Below are positions 46,256 to 58,414 of a DNA stretch of 64,000 nucleotides, in pieces. The translations under genes were made by a program, and so were the position numbers. The notes beneath the pieces are model-generated. The model was not told the DNA's origin. It saw nothing but the letters and a program-made list of their open reading frames with translations, and did no database searches. The stretch spans positions 12,526 to 76,525 of the forward strand of contig JBMNRW010000001.1 in assembly GCA_050944875.1 (NCBI GenBank), given 5' to 3'. Every line of letters begins with the position of its first letter. The first letter of the stretch is position 1. The DNA is from Patescibacteria group bacterium (GTDB lineage Bacteria > Patescibacteriota > UBA1384 > JACPKC01).

Positions 46256-48232
46256 ATGACAGACCAGTACGCACGTTCGCTCCGTCGCACTACGGCACGC
46301 GTCCTCTTTGTGCCGTTTTTCGTGTGGAGCCTGTTCGCGCCGCTCATTACCGTAGCGGCAGAGGGAGAAGTACCTCAAACCGGACCGACCGTCGAGACCG
46401 GGCCGACGCAGCCAACGGGCACCACTGTTGAAACGGGGCCGACGCAGCCAACTGGGCCAACGGGTCCGACTGGTACGTCAGTGGTTGAGCCGGAGCCATG
46501 TACTGACCCGTCATGCTTCTACGGCATGGGGCAGGGCGAGGGTCAGGGCGTTGACCAAGGTGTTGGCCAGGGCGTCCCAGCGGCCGCAGCCGCTACGCCA
46601 ACTGGGACCCTTGCAAACGACACGACCGGTGCTGGATCGACGAATACCAACAGCGCGACTGAGAACAACTCAACCGATATCACGAACCGCAATAACGCGA
46701 CGATTACGAACGACGTCGATATGAGTCTGAGTACCGGGAGCAATACGCTTAGCCAGAACAGCGAAGTCGGCAGCCTGACGACAGGCGACATCCGGGGCTC
46801 GCTCTCGATCGTGAACGCAGCGAACTCCCAGTTCGCACCGGGCAGTAGCGTCGGCCTTGGTACTGCAACCTCTGGTGCCGACGGCGTCCTCCTTATGGCA
46901 GATGGATCTCGGGCGTACCTGCCCTCAAATAGCCAGACCGGCGCCGACTCGACCAACACTAACGCGATTTCCGGCACGAACGCGGTAAGAATCGTCACAG
47001 AGAGCACCGCGCTCGTCGACAACGATATCGACATTGCGGCCTCAACGGGCGGGAACACTATTACGGAGAACACGCTCTTCGGCGATATCACGACCGGTTC
47101 GATCGACCTCGCCGTGAACCTCATCAATCTTCTAAACCTTTTAATGCCCGACACGCTCTTCATGGTCGACCTGTGGAACCTCTACGGAGACGTCCTGGGT
47201 GATATCTTCGCGCCGCTCACGAATAGTCAGACGGGCGCCGGCTCGACGAACACGAACGCGGTCAGTGGGGTGAACACGGCGGATGTGACGGTCACGAGCA
47301 TCGCGGACACGACGAACACGTTCAATATTACAACTGACACGGGCAGCAATGTCCTTGACCAGAACACGGCTGTCAGTGATGTATCGACGGGCGACGTCCG
47401 CATCGATGGCAGCGTCACGAACATCTCGAACGCTGCGACACCCACGTTCTACATCGTGAACGTGCTCGGCAAGTGGAATGGCGGCGCGCTCGCCTTATCG
47501 GCTGGCAGCTACATCATCAATGAGCTTGGCAACTGGCTGACCGGTGCCGACTCGACGAATACGAACACCGTCGACCAGACGAATACGCTCGATATGGACA
47601 TTACGAACACCGCGACCGTGAACAATGGGCTCAATATCTCGGCGAGCACGGGCGGTAATACGATTGCTCGGAACACGGCCGTGGGCAACGTGACCACTGG
47701 AGATATCAACATCATGGCGAACGTCGTGAACTTCCTGAACTCATTCGGTGGCGACCTGTCGAAGTTCTCCCTGGGTGTGATCAATATCTTCGGCGACTGG
47801 GGGAAGAAGCCGACGCCTGCACCGGTGGTACCGCAGGCCGTGGGCCTTGGCCAGGGCGGCGCGCCAGTCGGTGAAGAACAGGATGCGGAACCGATGCAGC
47901 TTGCGACTGTTACTACTGCAACGCAGGGTAAGGTAGCTGAGGTCGCGCCTCAGGCACCAGCTGTGAATCAGGTAGCTCCAGCCATGCAGTCGGTTGTCCG
48001 GCGTCCGGTCACGCAGCTGACGCAGGCTCCGGCACCGTCGGCTGCGACAAGCGCGGGTAGCTCGGTACTGGTCGCGGGAACGAGCTCAGTACCGACTGCA
48101 GCTGACCTCGGTCTCATCGACGGCGAACAGGAACGTGGTTCCTCGGTATCGTACCTCTGGATTGCACTCATCTCCCTCGGGGTGATCTGGGGGGTCTTAG
48201 AACTCGCAGCACTGCGTAAGCAGCGCGCCTAA
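46256..48232 (+). CDS. Secreted tandem-repeat protein RP3 (four repeat units, Gly/Gln-rich spacers, C-terminal TM plus basic tail).
   Basis: gaagggag RBS and a signal peptide. It has four units of ...TGA[DG]STNTN...TG-NT...GD[IV]-TGD[IV].... The C-terminus SVSYLWIALISLGVIWGVLELAALRKQRA is a TM segment plus a basic tail. Confidence 0.7.
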   Translation: MTDQYARSLRRTTARVLFVPFFVWSLFAPLITVAAEGEVPQTGPTVETGPTQPTGTTVETGPTQPTGPTGPTGTSVVEPEPCTDPSCFYGMGQGEGQGVDQGVGQGVPAAAAATPTGTLANDTTGAGSTNTNSATENNSTDITNRNNATITNDVDMSLSTGSNTLSQNSEVGSLTTGDIRGSLSIVNAANSQFAPGSSVGLGTATSGADGVLLMADGSRAYLPSNSQTGADSTNTNAISGTNAVRIVTESTALVDNDIDIAASTGGNTITENTLFGDITTGSIDLAVNLINLLNLLMPDTLFMVDLWNLYGDVLGDIFAPLTNSQTGAGSTNTNAVSGVNTADVTVTSIADTTNTFNITTDTGSNVLDQNTAVSDVSTGDVRIDGSVTNISNAATPTFYIVNVLGKWNGGALALSAGSYIINELGNWLTGADSTNTNTVDQTNTLDMDITNTATVNNGLNISASTGGNTIARNTAVGNVTTGDINIMANVVNFLNSFGGDLSKFSLGVINIFGDWGKKPTPAPVVPQAVGLGQGGAPVGEEQDAEPMQLATVTTATQGKVAEVAPQAPAVNQVAPAMQSVVRRPVTQLTQAPAPSAATSAGSSVLVAGTSSVPTAADLGLIDGEQERGSSVSYLWIALISLGVIWGVLELAALRKQRA

Positions 48233-48252
48233 CCCTATTCGCCTCTCCTCGC

Positions 48253-48876
48253 ATGGACGAGCGCACCCACGCTAGAGCAAGTTGGAAAAAGCTCGGCTGG
48301 GTTGCGCTCGTCTTCGTTGTGCTGGCCGGCTGGTGGTACGCAGAATTTCTGACGAGCATCGTCCGCCCGTCGCTCATTCGGACGGAGCTCATCAGTGCTC
48401 CTCGGGCCGCTGAGCTTCAGGCGCCTGCGTTCGCGTACCCCGCGCTCGGGATTGTCGCACCGGTAGTTGAGGCAGCGGAGACGAGTCCGCTCGCCGCTCG
48501 CGATTGGCAGGTGATCGCCGCTGCGCTGCGGGCCGGCGTTAGTCTGGCATACGAGGGGCCATCCCTTGAGTCGGCCCGACTCGCCTTCGTCACCGGCCAT
48601 TCCAGCGACACGATCCGCCACCCGTACGCGTCGGTGTTCGCTGGCCTGGGGCAGTCACGCATGGGCGATGAGTTTGTCGTGCAGCTTGTCGACGGCCAAC
48701 GCCGGTACCGTGTGAGCGATCGCAGCGTGTACTCCCCGGCTGACCTGGATGCCTTTCGTGCCCTGGAACCGGCCCCGGGTTCTCCTCAGCGTGTTGTTCT
48801 CGTCACGTGCTGGCCGCCATTGACAACGAAGAGCAGACTTGTTGTGACTGGAGAATACGTAGGAGGTGAACAATGA
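48253..48876 (+). CDS. Sortase (transpeptidase), copy 2.
   Basis: N-terminal TM, FVTGHSSD (active-site His) and LVTCWP (TLxTC catalytic Cys). Confidence 0.8.
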   Translation: MDERTHARASWKKLGWVALVFVVLAGWWYAEFLTSIVRPSLIRTELISAPRAAELQAPAFAYPALGIVAPVVEAAETSPLAARDWQVIAAALRAGVSLAYEGPSLESARLAFVTGHSSDTIRHPYASVFAGLGQSRMGDEFVVQLVDGQRRYRVSDRSVYSPADLDAFRALEPAPGSPQRVVLVTCWPPLTTKSRLVVTGEYVGGEQ

Positions 48877-50063
48877 TGAAGGTACTTACAGTGCTCGTAA
48901 TGGTGGTGGTAACCGTCTTCGCACTGCCCACTGGTGTTAGCGCCGAGGAGATGCAAGACCGCGTCATCGTGCGCTTCCGCGCTGGCGTGTCGTCGGATGA
49001 TCAGCAGCGCACTCTCGACAGGGTAGGTGCGCGCGAGCGCCGGTCGTACCGCGTCCTACGCGCCCAAAGCGCTACGGTGTCGTCGAGGGGGCGTGCTGCA
49101 CTATTGTCCGAAGACGCCGTCGAGGGCGTTGATCCGGATCTCGAAGTTTCGGCGTTCTTGACGGTGGGTCAACTAAAGGCAGCTGGCCACCGCGAACGTG
49201 CCCTCGCTTCGTCAACGCAAGAGCTTACGTGGAACTTAACGCGTATTGGTGCGCCGGTCGCGTGGAACGTGGGCCGAGGTGCGGGCACGCGAGTGGCGGT
49301 GCTCGACACAGGCGCGCAGCTTACGCACCCGGATTTAGCCGGGAGGATCGCAGCGTCTCGGAACTTCGTCCGGCCAGGCCGGTCAGCGGATGACGACAAC
49401 GGCCACGGCACACACGTCGCTGGGGTGATCGCTGCTGCGGATAACAGCGTGGGCGTCGTCGGCGTCGCGCCGGACACGAGCCTCCTCATTGCGAAGGTGC
49501 TCGACTCGCGCGGCCGCGGGTACGTCTCGGACATCATTGCCGGCCTTGATTGGGCGATCCAGAACAACGCGCGCGTCGTAAACATGAGCCTCGGCTTGCC
49601 GACCGACGTCCCAAGCTTGCGCCTCGCTGTAGAGCGTACCATGGGAGCTGGCATTAGCGTCGTGGCAGCGGCCGGGAATGACGGCGGCCAAGTGAGTTAC
49701 CCGGCTGCGTATCCAGTGGTAATCGCAGTAGGTGCAACAGACGCTACGGATGCGGTGCCGAGTTGGTCGGCACAGGGGCAGGCGCTCGACCTCGTGGCGC
49801 CTGGCGTCAACGTGAAGTCCACGTACCGTCGAAGCCGCTACGTCACGATGACTGGGACGTCCATGGCGACGCCCCACGTGGCAGCGGCTGCTGCGTTGCT
49901 CTCGCAGCAGCCAACGCAGTGCGATATCGACGGCAACGGCGTCTGCGCGCCAGCTGAGATCGAGGCCAGACTCCGCGCTACCGCAACCGATCTCCTGGCT
50001 AGCGGGTACGACGTGCGCTCCGGCGCCGGTCGGCTCAATGTAGCACAGGCGCTCGGCCGCTAA
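48873..50063 (+). CDS. Subtilisin-like serine protease (S8) with an I9 propeptide.
   Basis: Its start overlaps the sortase stop (ATGA). Signal peptide, then the Asp (VLDTGAQ), His (HGTHVAG) and Ser (GTSMATPH) triad. Confidence 0.9.
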   Translation: MMKVLTVLVMVVVTVFALPTGVSAEEMQDRVIVRFRAGVSSDDQQRTLDRVGARERRSYRVLRAQSATVSSRGRAALLSEDAVEGVDPDLEVSAFLTVGQLKAAGHRERALASSTQELTWNLTRIGAPVAWNVGRGAGTRVAVLDTGAQLTHPDLAGRIAASRNFVRPGRSADDDNGHGTHVAGVIAAADNSVGVVGVAPDTSLLIAKVLDSRGRGYVSDIIAGLDWAIQNNARVVNMSLGLPTDVPSLRLAVERTMGAGISVVAAAGNDGGQVSYPAAYPVVIAVGATDATDAVPSWSAQGQALDLVAPGVNVKSTYRRSRYVTMTGTSMATPHVAAAAALLSQQPTQCDIDGNGVCAPAEIEARLRATATDLLASGYDVRSGAGRLNVAQALGR

Positions 50064-50109
50064 CTCTCGACAGGGTATCTCAGTCCCCGTATAGTGAAGC
50101 CGCTATCCG

Positions 50110-50195
50110 GCCGGAGTGGCGGAATGGCAGACGCGGCGGACTCAAAATCCGCTGTCCGCAAGGACATGTGGGTTCGACTCCCTCCTCCGGCACCA
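50110..50195 (+). tRNA. tRNA-Leu (anticodon CAA).
   Basis: Cloverleaf with acceptor gccggag/ctccggc, anticodon loop cuCAAaa, a long variable arm and an encoded CCA. It is followed by hairpin agcaccc...gggtgct. Confidence 0.85.
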
Positions 50196-50266
50196 CGTAA
50201 CCAGGCAGAGAAGCACCCTGCGGATTCACGGGGTGCTTTCCAGTTCAAGTCAGCACGAGGCGCAGT

Positions 50267-51238
50267 ATGACACGAGGGTTTTGGGACAACTTGCCGCAGC
50301 CCTTCTTCGTCCTTGCCCCGATGGCGAACGTAACCGACACGGTGTTCCGTCAGATCATCCGCAAATATAGCCGGCCGGACGTCATGTATACCGAGTTTGT
50401 GTCGTGTGACGGCCTCTGTTCGGCAGGTCGCGAGCGACTGCTTCGTGACCTCCAGTTCGTCCCGGCGGAGCGGCCGCTCGTCGCCCAGGTGTTCGGCGCG
50501 ACACCCGAGCACTTCTACGAGACCGCGAAGCTCGTCGTCTCGCTCGGGTTCGACGGCATTGATATCAATATGGGCTGCCCTGACCGGGCGGTCGTCCGGC
50601 AGGGCGCCGGCGCGGCACTCATCCGCACTCCCCTCTTGGCGCAGGCGATTGTCCGGGCAACGCGGGACGGTGTACGCGACGCCGGGTCGGCGATTCCTGT
50701 TTCGGTGAAGACCCGGCTTGGCTTCCAGGCTGACGAGGCAGAGCGTTGGCTCCCCCACCTCCTCGAGCTCGACCTGCCGGCGTTGACCGTGCACGCCCGG
50801 ACGAAGAAAGAGCTCTCGGAAGTGCCGGCGCACTGGGACCGGCTATCGGCGGTCGTTGCGCTCGCGGCCGGGACTAGTACACACATCATCGGGAACGGCG
50901 ACGTCACCTCGATCGAGGACGCGCGGGCAAAGAGCGCCGCCTCGGGTGTCGACGGTGTCATGCTCGGCCGGGCGATCTTCGGAAACCCGTGGCTCTTCCG
51001 TGACAATACCGAACGACCGCCAGTGCCCGAGGTACTCAGGGTGGTCGTCGAGCACACGGAGCTCTACGAAACGACGTGGGGCGCGGCGAAGCCCTTCGAC
51101 CTCATGAAGAAGCACTACAAAGCCTACGTCACCGGATTTCCGGGCGCGCACGAGCTGAGGATTGAGCTCATGGCGTGCCGCGATGCTGAGAGCGTCCGGC
51201 GCACTGTTGAGTCCTTCCTCGCCGATACTCACCGGTAG
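50267..51238 (+). CDS. dus: tRNA-dihydrouridine synthase.
   Basis: FFVLAPMANVTDTVFRQI...GIDINMGCP...VSVKTRLG are Dus TIM-barrel motifs. Confidence 0.85.
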   Translation: MTRGFWDNLPQPFFVLAPMANVTDTVFRQIIRKYSRPDVMYTEFVSCDGLCSAGRERLLRDLQFVPAERPLVAQVFGATPEHFYETAKLVVSLGFDGIDINMGCPDRAVVRQGAGAALIRTPLLAQAIVRATRDGVRDAGSAIPVSVKTRLGFQADEAERWLPHLLELDLPALTVHARTKKELSEVPAHWDRLSAVVALAAGTSTHIIGNGDVTSIEDARAKSAASGVDGVMLGRAIFGNPWLFRDNTERPPVPEVLRVVVEHTELYETTWGAAKPFDLMKKHYKAYVTGFPGAHELRIELMACRDAESVRRTVESFLADTHR

Positions 51239-51330
51239 GAGTTGCGCGGTCCGCTTGGAACGCGCCGCGCATTGCCGTACTGTACGAGTACAGAACACTT
51301 CCCAGAACTCTCCGAGGGGAGGTGAGTGGA

Positions 51331-51504
51331 ATGGCAAGGCAGTACGGGCCAAAAGCCCAAGAGTACGTGCACGACGTGATGCACGAGTTCAAGCACGGGA
51401 AGCTTCGGAGTCGCGACGGCCGCACGGTGACAAAGCGCAGGCAGGCGGTAGCGATTGGGCTCCAGAAGGCGCGCAAGGTCGGCGCGAAGGTGTCGAAGCA
51501 GTAG
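51331..51504 (+). CDS. Small conserved basic protein (57 aa).
   Basis: A ggggaggtgag RBS precedes MARQYGPKAQEYVHDVMHEFKHGKLRSRDGRTVTKRRQAVAIGLQKARKVGAKV. Confidence 0.55.
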   Translation: MARQYGPKAQEYVHDVMHEFKHGKLRSRDGRTVTKRRQAVAIGLQKARKVGAKVSKQ

Positions 51505-51602
51505 GCCGCGTAGACGACGAATGGAGTGTGGCGTGGAGTGCTGCGCTCCTTGTTGTTTTGCCGGGAGTCGTCTACACTGCACCGGTTCAACGAAAGGCAG
51601 GT

Positions 51603-54789
<3,187 letters not shown>

Positions 54790-54805
54790 GCATCGGAGGC
54801 ACTGC

Positions 54806-55453
54806 ATGGGACGACTTATCTGCGTACGGCACGGCAAATCAGCGTACAACGCGCTCGGGCTTTGGACGGGACACACTGACGTCGAACTCGTCGACGAAGG
54901 GCGCGCTGAGGCGCGGCGGGCGGGCGAGGCGATCCGCGACATCCACGTGCACGTCGCGCACACCTCGATGCTTACCCGGACGCACCAGACGCTCGACGAG
55001 ATCCTCGCCGCACTTGGTCGCACCGACCTGGATCCGGTCCGCCACCACGCCTTGAACGAGCGGCACTACGGCGTGCACACCAGCAAGAACAAGTGGGAGG
55101 TAAAAGAGGAGATTGGTGAGGAGGAGTTCCAGCGTATCCGCCGCGGCTGGGATACGCCGATCCCCGAAGGCGAGACGTTGAAAGACGTCCACGCCCGGGT
55201 CGTTCCCTACTTCGAGGAATACATCAAGCCCGACCTCATGGCCGGCAAGAACGTACTCGTCGTCTCGCACGGGAATACGTTGCGCGCGCTCGTGAAGCAC
55301 ATCGACGGTATTTCTGAAGAGGAGATCGCGGACGTTGAGATCGCGACCGGTGAGGTCCACTGTTACTCGATGGACGAGGCCGGCAACGTCATCGACAAAG
55401 AGATCCGGACCGCTACGGTTGAGATTGATATCCAGGAGCCGGCGTACGCGTAA
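54806..55453 (+). CDS. gpmA: 2,3-bisphosphoglycerate-dependent phosphoglycerate mutase (histidine phosphatase family).
   Basis: LICVRHGKSAYN (RHG motif), HGNTLRAL and a ggagg RBS. Confidence 0.75.
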   Translation: MGRLICVRHGKSAYNALGLWTGHTDVELVDEGRAEARRAGEAIRDIHVHVAHTSMLTRTHQTLDEILAALGRTDLDPVRHHALNERHYGVHTSKNKWEVKEEIGEEEFQRIRRGWDTPIPEGETLKDVHARVVPYFEEYIKPDLMAGKNVLVVSHGNTLRALVKHIDGISEEEIADVEIATGEVHCYSMDEAGNVIDKEIRTATVEIDIQEPAYA

Positions 55454-55507
55454 CGGGTACATAAGCTCCGCACACTGCGAAAGAGTGGCCGGTTGGCCGT
55501 TCTTTTG

Positions 55508-56758
55508 TTAGAGCGCGTTCGTCCGCGCGATACGGGCGTAGGTGCGGGCGCTCGGCCGAACGCGGCGCTCGAGCGTCTGGCGGTCGACTTCGATGAGGCC
55601 GAACCGCGGCCAGAACCCTTTGTCCCACTCGAAGTTGTCCATGAGCGACCAGTGCAGGTACCCGCGGACGTCGATCCCCTCTTCGATTGCCTGGTGGACG
55701 TACTCGAGCGTCTCGCGGATGAACCACTCGCGGTGCGTGTCGTTCCGGTCGGCCAGGCCGTTCTCGGTAATGTAGACGGGTTTGTCGAAGCTGCCAGCCA
55801 CGCGGAGCGCACCGAGCATCGCCGGCGGGTAGAGCTCCCAGCCGAGATCGGAGCGCACACGGTTCTCGTTCTGGTTACGCGTAAGGCCGCGGATGACGTT
55901 CCGGCCGTAGATGTTTGCGCCGACGAAGTCGAGCTCGGTGCGGATACTTTGGAGGAATCGCCGGTTCCAAAGCCAGTCCGCTAGCCAGCGATGGGCGCGG
56001 GTCACCAGTGAGCCGTCGCCTGATTGCACATCCGTGATCTGCGGGGCAACGCCGACCTGTGCTGTCGGCTGCAGGCTCTTGATCGCGCGGTACGCCCGTC
56101 GGTGCGCCGCCTGGAGTCGCTTGAGTACGCGCTCGTGCGCGACGACGCTCTTGCGTCCCGGCGGCCAGTCGCCGGTCAGGTAGCTGAACGTGGCATAGAC
56201 GTTCGGTTCGTTGAGCGTGATCCAGTACCGGACGGACGGCGCGAGCACCGGAACGATCGCCCGGACGAACGCCTCGAACGCGGCGGGCGTACCCGACCAC
56301 TCCCAGCCGCCTTTGTCACGGAGCCAGAGCGGCACCGGCCAGTGCCAGAGCGTGACGAACGGCTCGATGCCGTTTTGCCTGAGCGTCGCTACCATCTGGC
56401 CGTACCGCGCGATCGCGCCGGCGTCGTACTCCCCTTCTCGCGGCTCCATGCGCGACCAGTCGATCGAGAACCGGTAGGCCGTGAGGTTGAGTTCGCGCAT
56501 GAGCGCAACGTCCGCGTCGAACCGCTCCCAGTGCTCATCAGTTCGCCCGGCGATATAGCTCGCGGGGTCTGTTGCCTCGGATTTTATCTCGTCCCAGACC
56601 GGGCAGAGCTGGCAGAACTTCCGTTCGGCCTCGCTTGCGAGTCGAGTCGCATGTTCCCGCTCCCACGCATCCCAGTCGTTCGTGAGACCGCCTTCAACTT
56701 GGTGCGCCGCCGTGCTCGCGCCCCAGAGAAACCCGTCCGGGAACCGTCGTTCAGGCAT
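55508..56758 (-). CDS. GH1 beta-glucosidase.
   Basis: FLWGASTAAHQVEGG, TLNEP (acid/base) and ITENG (nucleophile). Confidence 0.85.
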   Translation of the reverse strand: MPERRFPDGFLWGASTAAHQVEGGLTNDWDAWEREHATRLASEAERKFCQLCPVWDEIKSEATDPASYIAGRTDEHWERFDADVALMRELNLTAYRFSIDWSRMEPREGEYDAGAIARYGQMVATLRQNGIEPFVTLWHWPVPLWLRDKGGWEWSGTPAAFEAFVRAIVPVLAPSVRYWITLNEPNVYATFSYLTGDWPPGRKSVVAHERVLKRLQAAHRRAYRAIKSLQPTAQVGVAPQITDVQSGDGSLVTRAHRWLADWLWNRRFLQSIRTELDFVGANIYGRNVIRGLTRNQNENRVRSDLGWELYPPAMLGALRVAGSFDKPVYITENGLADRNDTHREWFIRETLEYVHQAIEEGIDVRGYLHWSLMDNFEWDKGFWPRFGLIEVDRQTLERRVRPSARTYARIARTNAL

Positions 56759-57395
56759 GCGTTCCTCCGATCGTGTAGTGAAACTCCCCCGCTCCCTGGC
56801 GCAGGACGACCGGTGTCGCCTGGGTGAGGTCGACGACTGTTGAGGCGGGAACGACGGGCAGATCGCCCGCGTCGAGGATGAGGTCCGGCCTCCGGTCTGG
56901 TGGTAACTGGTCGAGGAGTTCGGCGTGCAGGTCTGCCGTGCGGTAGATGGCGCCCATGCCGGAGAGGTTGGCGCTCGTCGTCGTGTACGGCTCGCCGAAG
57001 GCTTCGGAGAGCGAGCGGATGACCGGGTCGTCGGGAATGCGGACGCCGAGCGTGTTCGTCGTCGCGACCGCGAAGTCGGCGTTTAGGAGGACGAACGTGT
57101 ACGGGCCGGGCAGGTGCGCCTCGAGCACGCGAAGCTGCTCGTTGGTTGCGAGCGTCAGCGCGCGGACGTGGTCGAGGTCGCGGGCGATGACTGAGAACTT
57201 CTTCGCGTGATCGCGTCCTTTGAGGGCGGCGATCCTGGCCATCGCGCGCGGGTTCCGGGCATCGCAGCCCAAGCCGTAGCACGTGTCGGACGGGTAGATG
57301 ATGACGCCGCCACGGCGAAGAACGTCGGCCGCCCGCTCGATTGTCGCGGGTTCCGGCTTTGTGCGTGAAACAGAGATGATTTCCATGGCTTCCAT
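56751..57395 (-). CDS. tsaC: L-threonylcarbamoyladenylate synthase (YrdC/TsaC domain).
   Basis: GGVIIYPSDTCYGLGCDA...SANLSG is the YrdC fold. Confidence 0.8.
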   Translation of the reverse strand: MEAMEIISVSRTKPEPATIERAADVLRRGGVIIYPSDTCYGLGCDARNPRAMARIAALKGRDHAKKFSVIARDLDHVRALTLATNEQLRVLEAHLPGPYTFVLLNADFAVATTNTLGVRIPDDPVIRSLSEAFGEPYTTTSANLSGMGAIYRTADLHAELLDQLPPDRRPDLILDAGDLPVVPASTVVDLTQATPVVLRQGAGEFHYTIGGTHA

Positions 57396-57459
57396 CGTAC
57401 CAGGAAGCGTGCTATACTCCGACCGGAGATTTGGGGTACTATTACCACTTCACTCGTTC

Positions 57460-57535
57460 GGGCCAGTAGCTCAGTTGGTAGAGCGCAGCATTCGCATTGC
57501 TGAGGTCCGGGGTTCGACTCCCCGCTGGTCCACCA
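57460..57535 (+). tRNA. tRNA-Ala (anticodon CGC).
   Basis: Acceptor gggccag with the G3:U70 Ala identity pair, anticodon loop uuCGCau, TpsiC loop GGTTCGACTCC and an encoded CCA. Confidence 0.85.
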
Positions 57536-57549
57536 GGTAGATAGACGTG

Positions 57550-57579
57550 AAAAGACCGGACAACTCTGTCCGGTCTTTT
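57550..57579. terminator. Bidirectional intrinsic terminator.
   Basis: aaaa-gaccggaca-actc-tgtccggtc-tttt is a perfect 9-bp stem with flanking A/T runs. Confidence 0.65.
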
Positions 57580-57589
57580 GGTTGAAGAG

Positions 57590-58234
57590 CTACGTCTCCT
57601 TGCGAACAGCCGCAAAACGGTAGCCCGCATGCCACGTGTCATCCCACCACTGAAGACACAGTCGTCGCTCGCCGCTGCACTCGTCAAGGACTGGCACGCG
57701 GAGATAGCATTTTGGTTTCCTCCACGAAGAACTGAGAGCAACGATAGGGTGTAGACGTTGTGCGTATGGATAGTTTGCGCCCAGGGCGCACAATTCATCG
57801 AGCGTCGCGGGCCGCAGGCCCCGTTGCTCGAGATCTTCAATCACCCACTCCGACGAAACACCATCCTCGTGATCGTACTTGATCAGCTCGATCTCAATCC
57901 ACTCTGTACCTCGGGCATTGTGACAAGGAAAGTATTTGGAGATAAGGTGTTTATCTACCTGATCGTACCTGCCCGCTCGAATCATAGCCTTAAGGTTCTG
58001 ACTGAAGTTAACTTTGACGCGACACATGTCGTCCAGTGGACGCATTGACAGAATTGGTTGGTCATCGGAGGGTAAGAGGGCGTTGCGGAGAGCGTTTCGG
58101 AGCGCTCCCTGGTCCTGTATCCATCGCTGAGCTTGTTCGGGGGCGACGTCTTGCGGTAGCTGGCGGAGCACCGCGGCGGCGAACTCCATCATCTGTCCCG
58201 TCGACACTGAGTCGGTACCAGGAGAATTCGACAT
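57590..58234 (-). CDS. Hypothetical protein in a lower-GC segment next to tRNA-Ala.
   Basis: 214-aa ORF with no recognisable motif. Local GC is about 52%. Confidence 0.5.
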   Translation of the reverse strand: MSNSPGTDSVSTGQMMEFAAAVLRQLPQDVAPEQAQRWIQDQGALRNALRNALLPSDDQPILSMRPLDDMCRVKVNFSQNLKAMIRAGRYDQVDKHLISKYFPCHNARGTEWIEIELIKYDHEDGVSSEWVIEDLEQRGLRPATLDELCALGANYPYAQRLHPIVALSSSWRKPKCYLRVPVLDECSGERRLCLQWWDDTWHAGYRFAAVRKET

Positions 58235-58414
58235 GGTTTTTCCTCCGGTGCACGATCTGCTCGTGCGGGCGAATCTCCGAGAACGTTATTTAAAGGAACG
58301 AGTATGTATACCTAATAGCTGGTGGTTAGTCAACGAAACAATACCGATCAGCGCCCCTCTACATTCCCCAAAGAACCTGCTATCCTCTCGGCAATTTAGC
58401 CAGAGGAGAACTCC

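Noticed and set aside
50060-50833. 257-aa minus-strand ORF overlapping tRNA-Leu and dus.
   Set aside because: It overlaps a confidently folded tRNA and the dus CDS. It has Arg/Pro-rich composition typical of an antisense shadow ORF.
51162-51602. N-terminal 147-codon extension of the typA ORF in the track.
   Set aside because: The extension overlaps the small 57-aa gene in another frame and lacks GTPase homology. The conserved TypA N-terminus (MADATHLRNIAIIAHVDHGKTT) begins at 51603.
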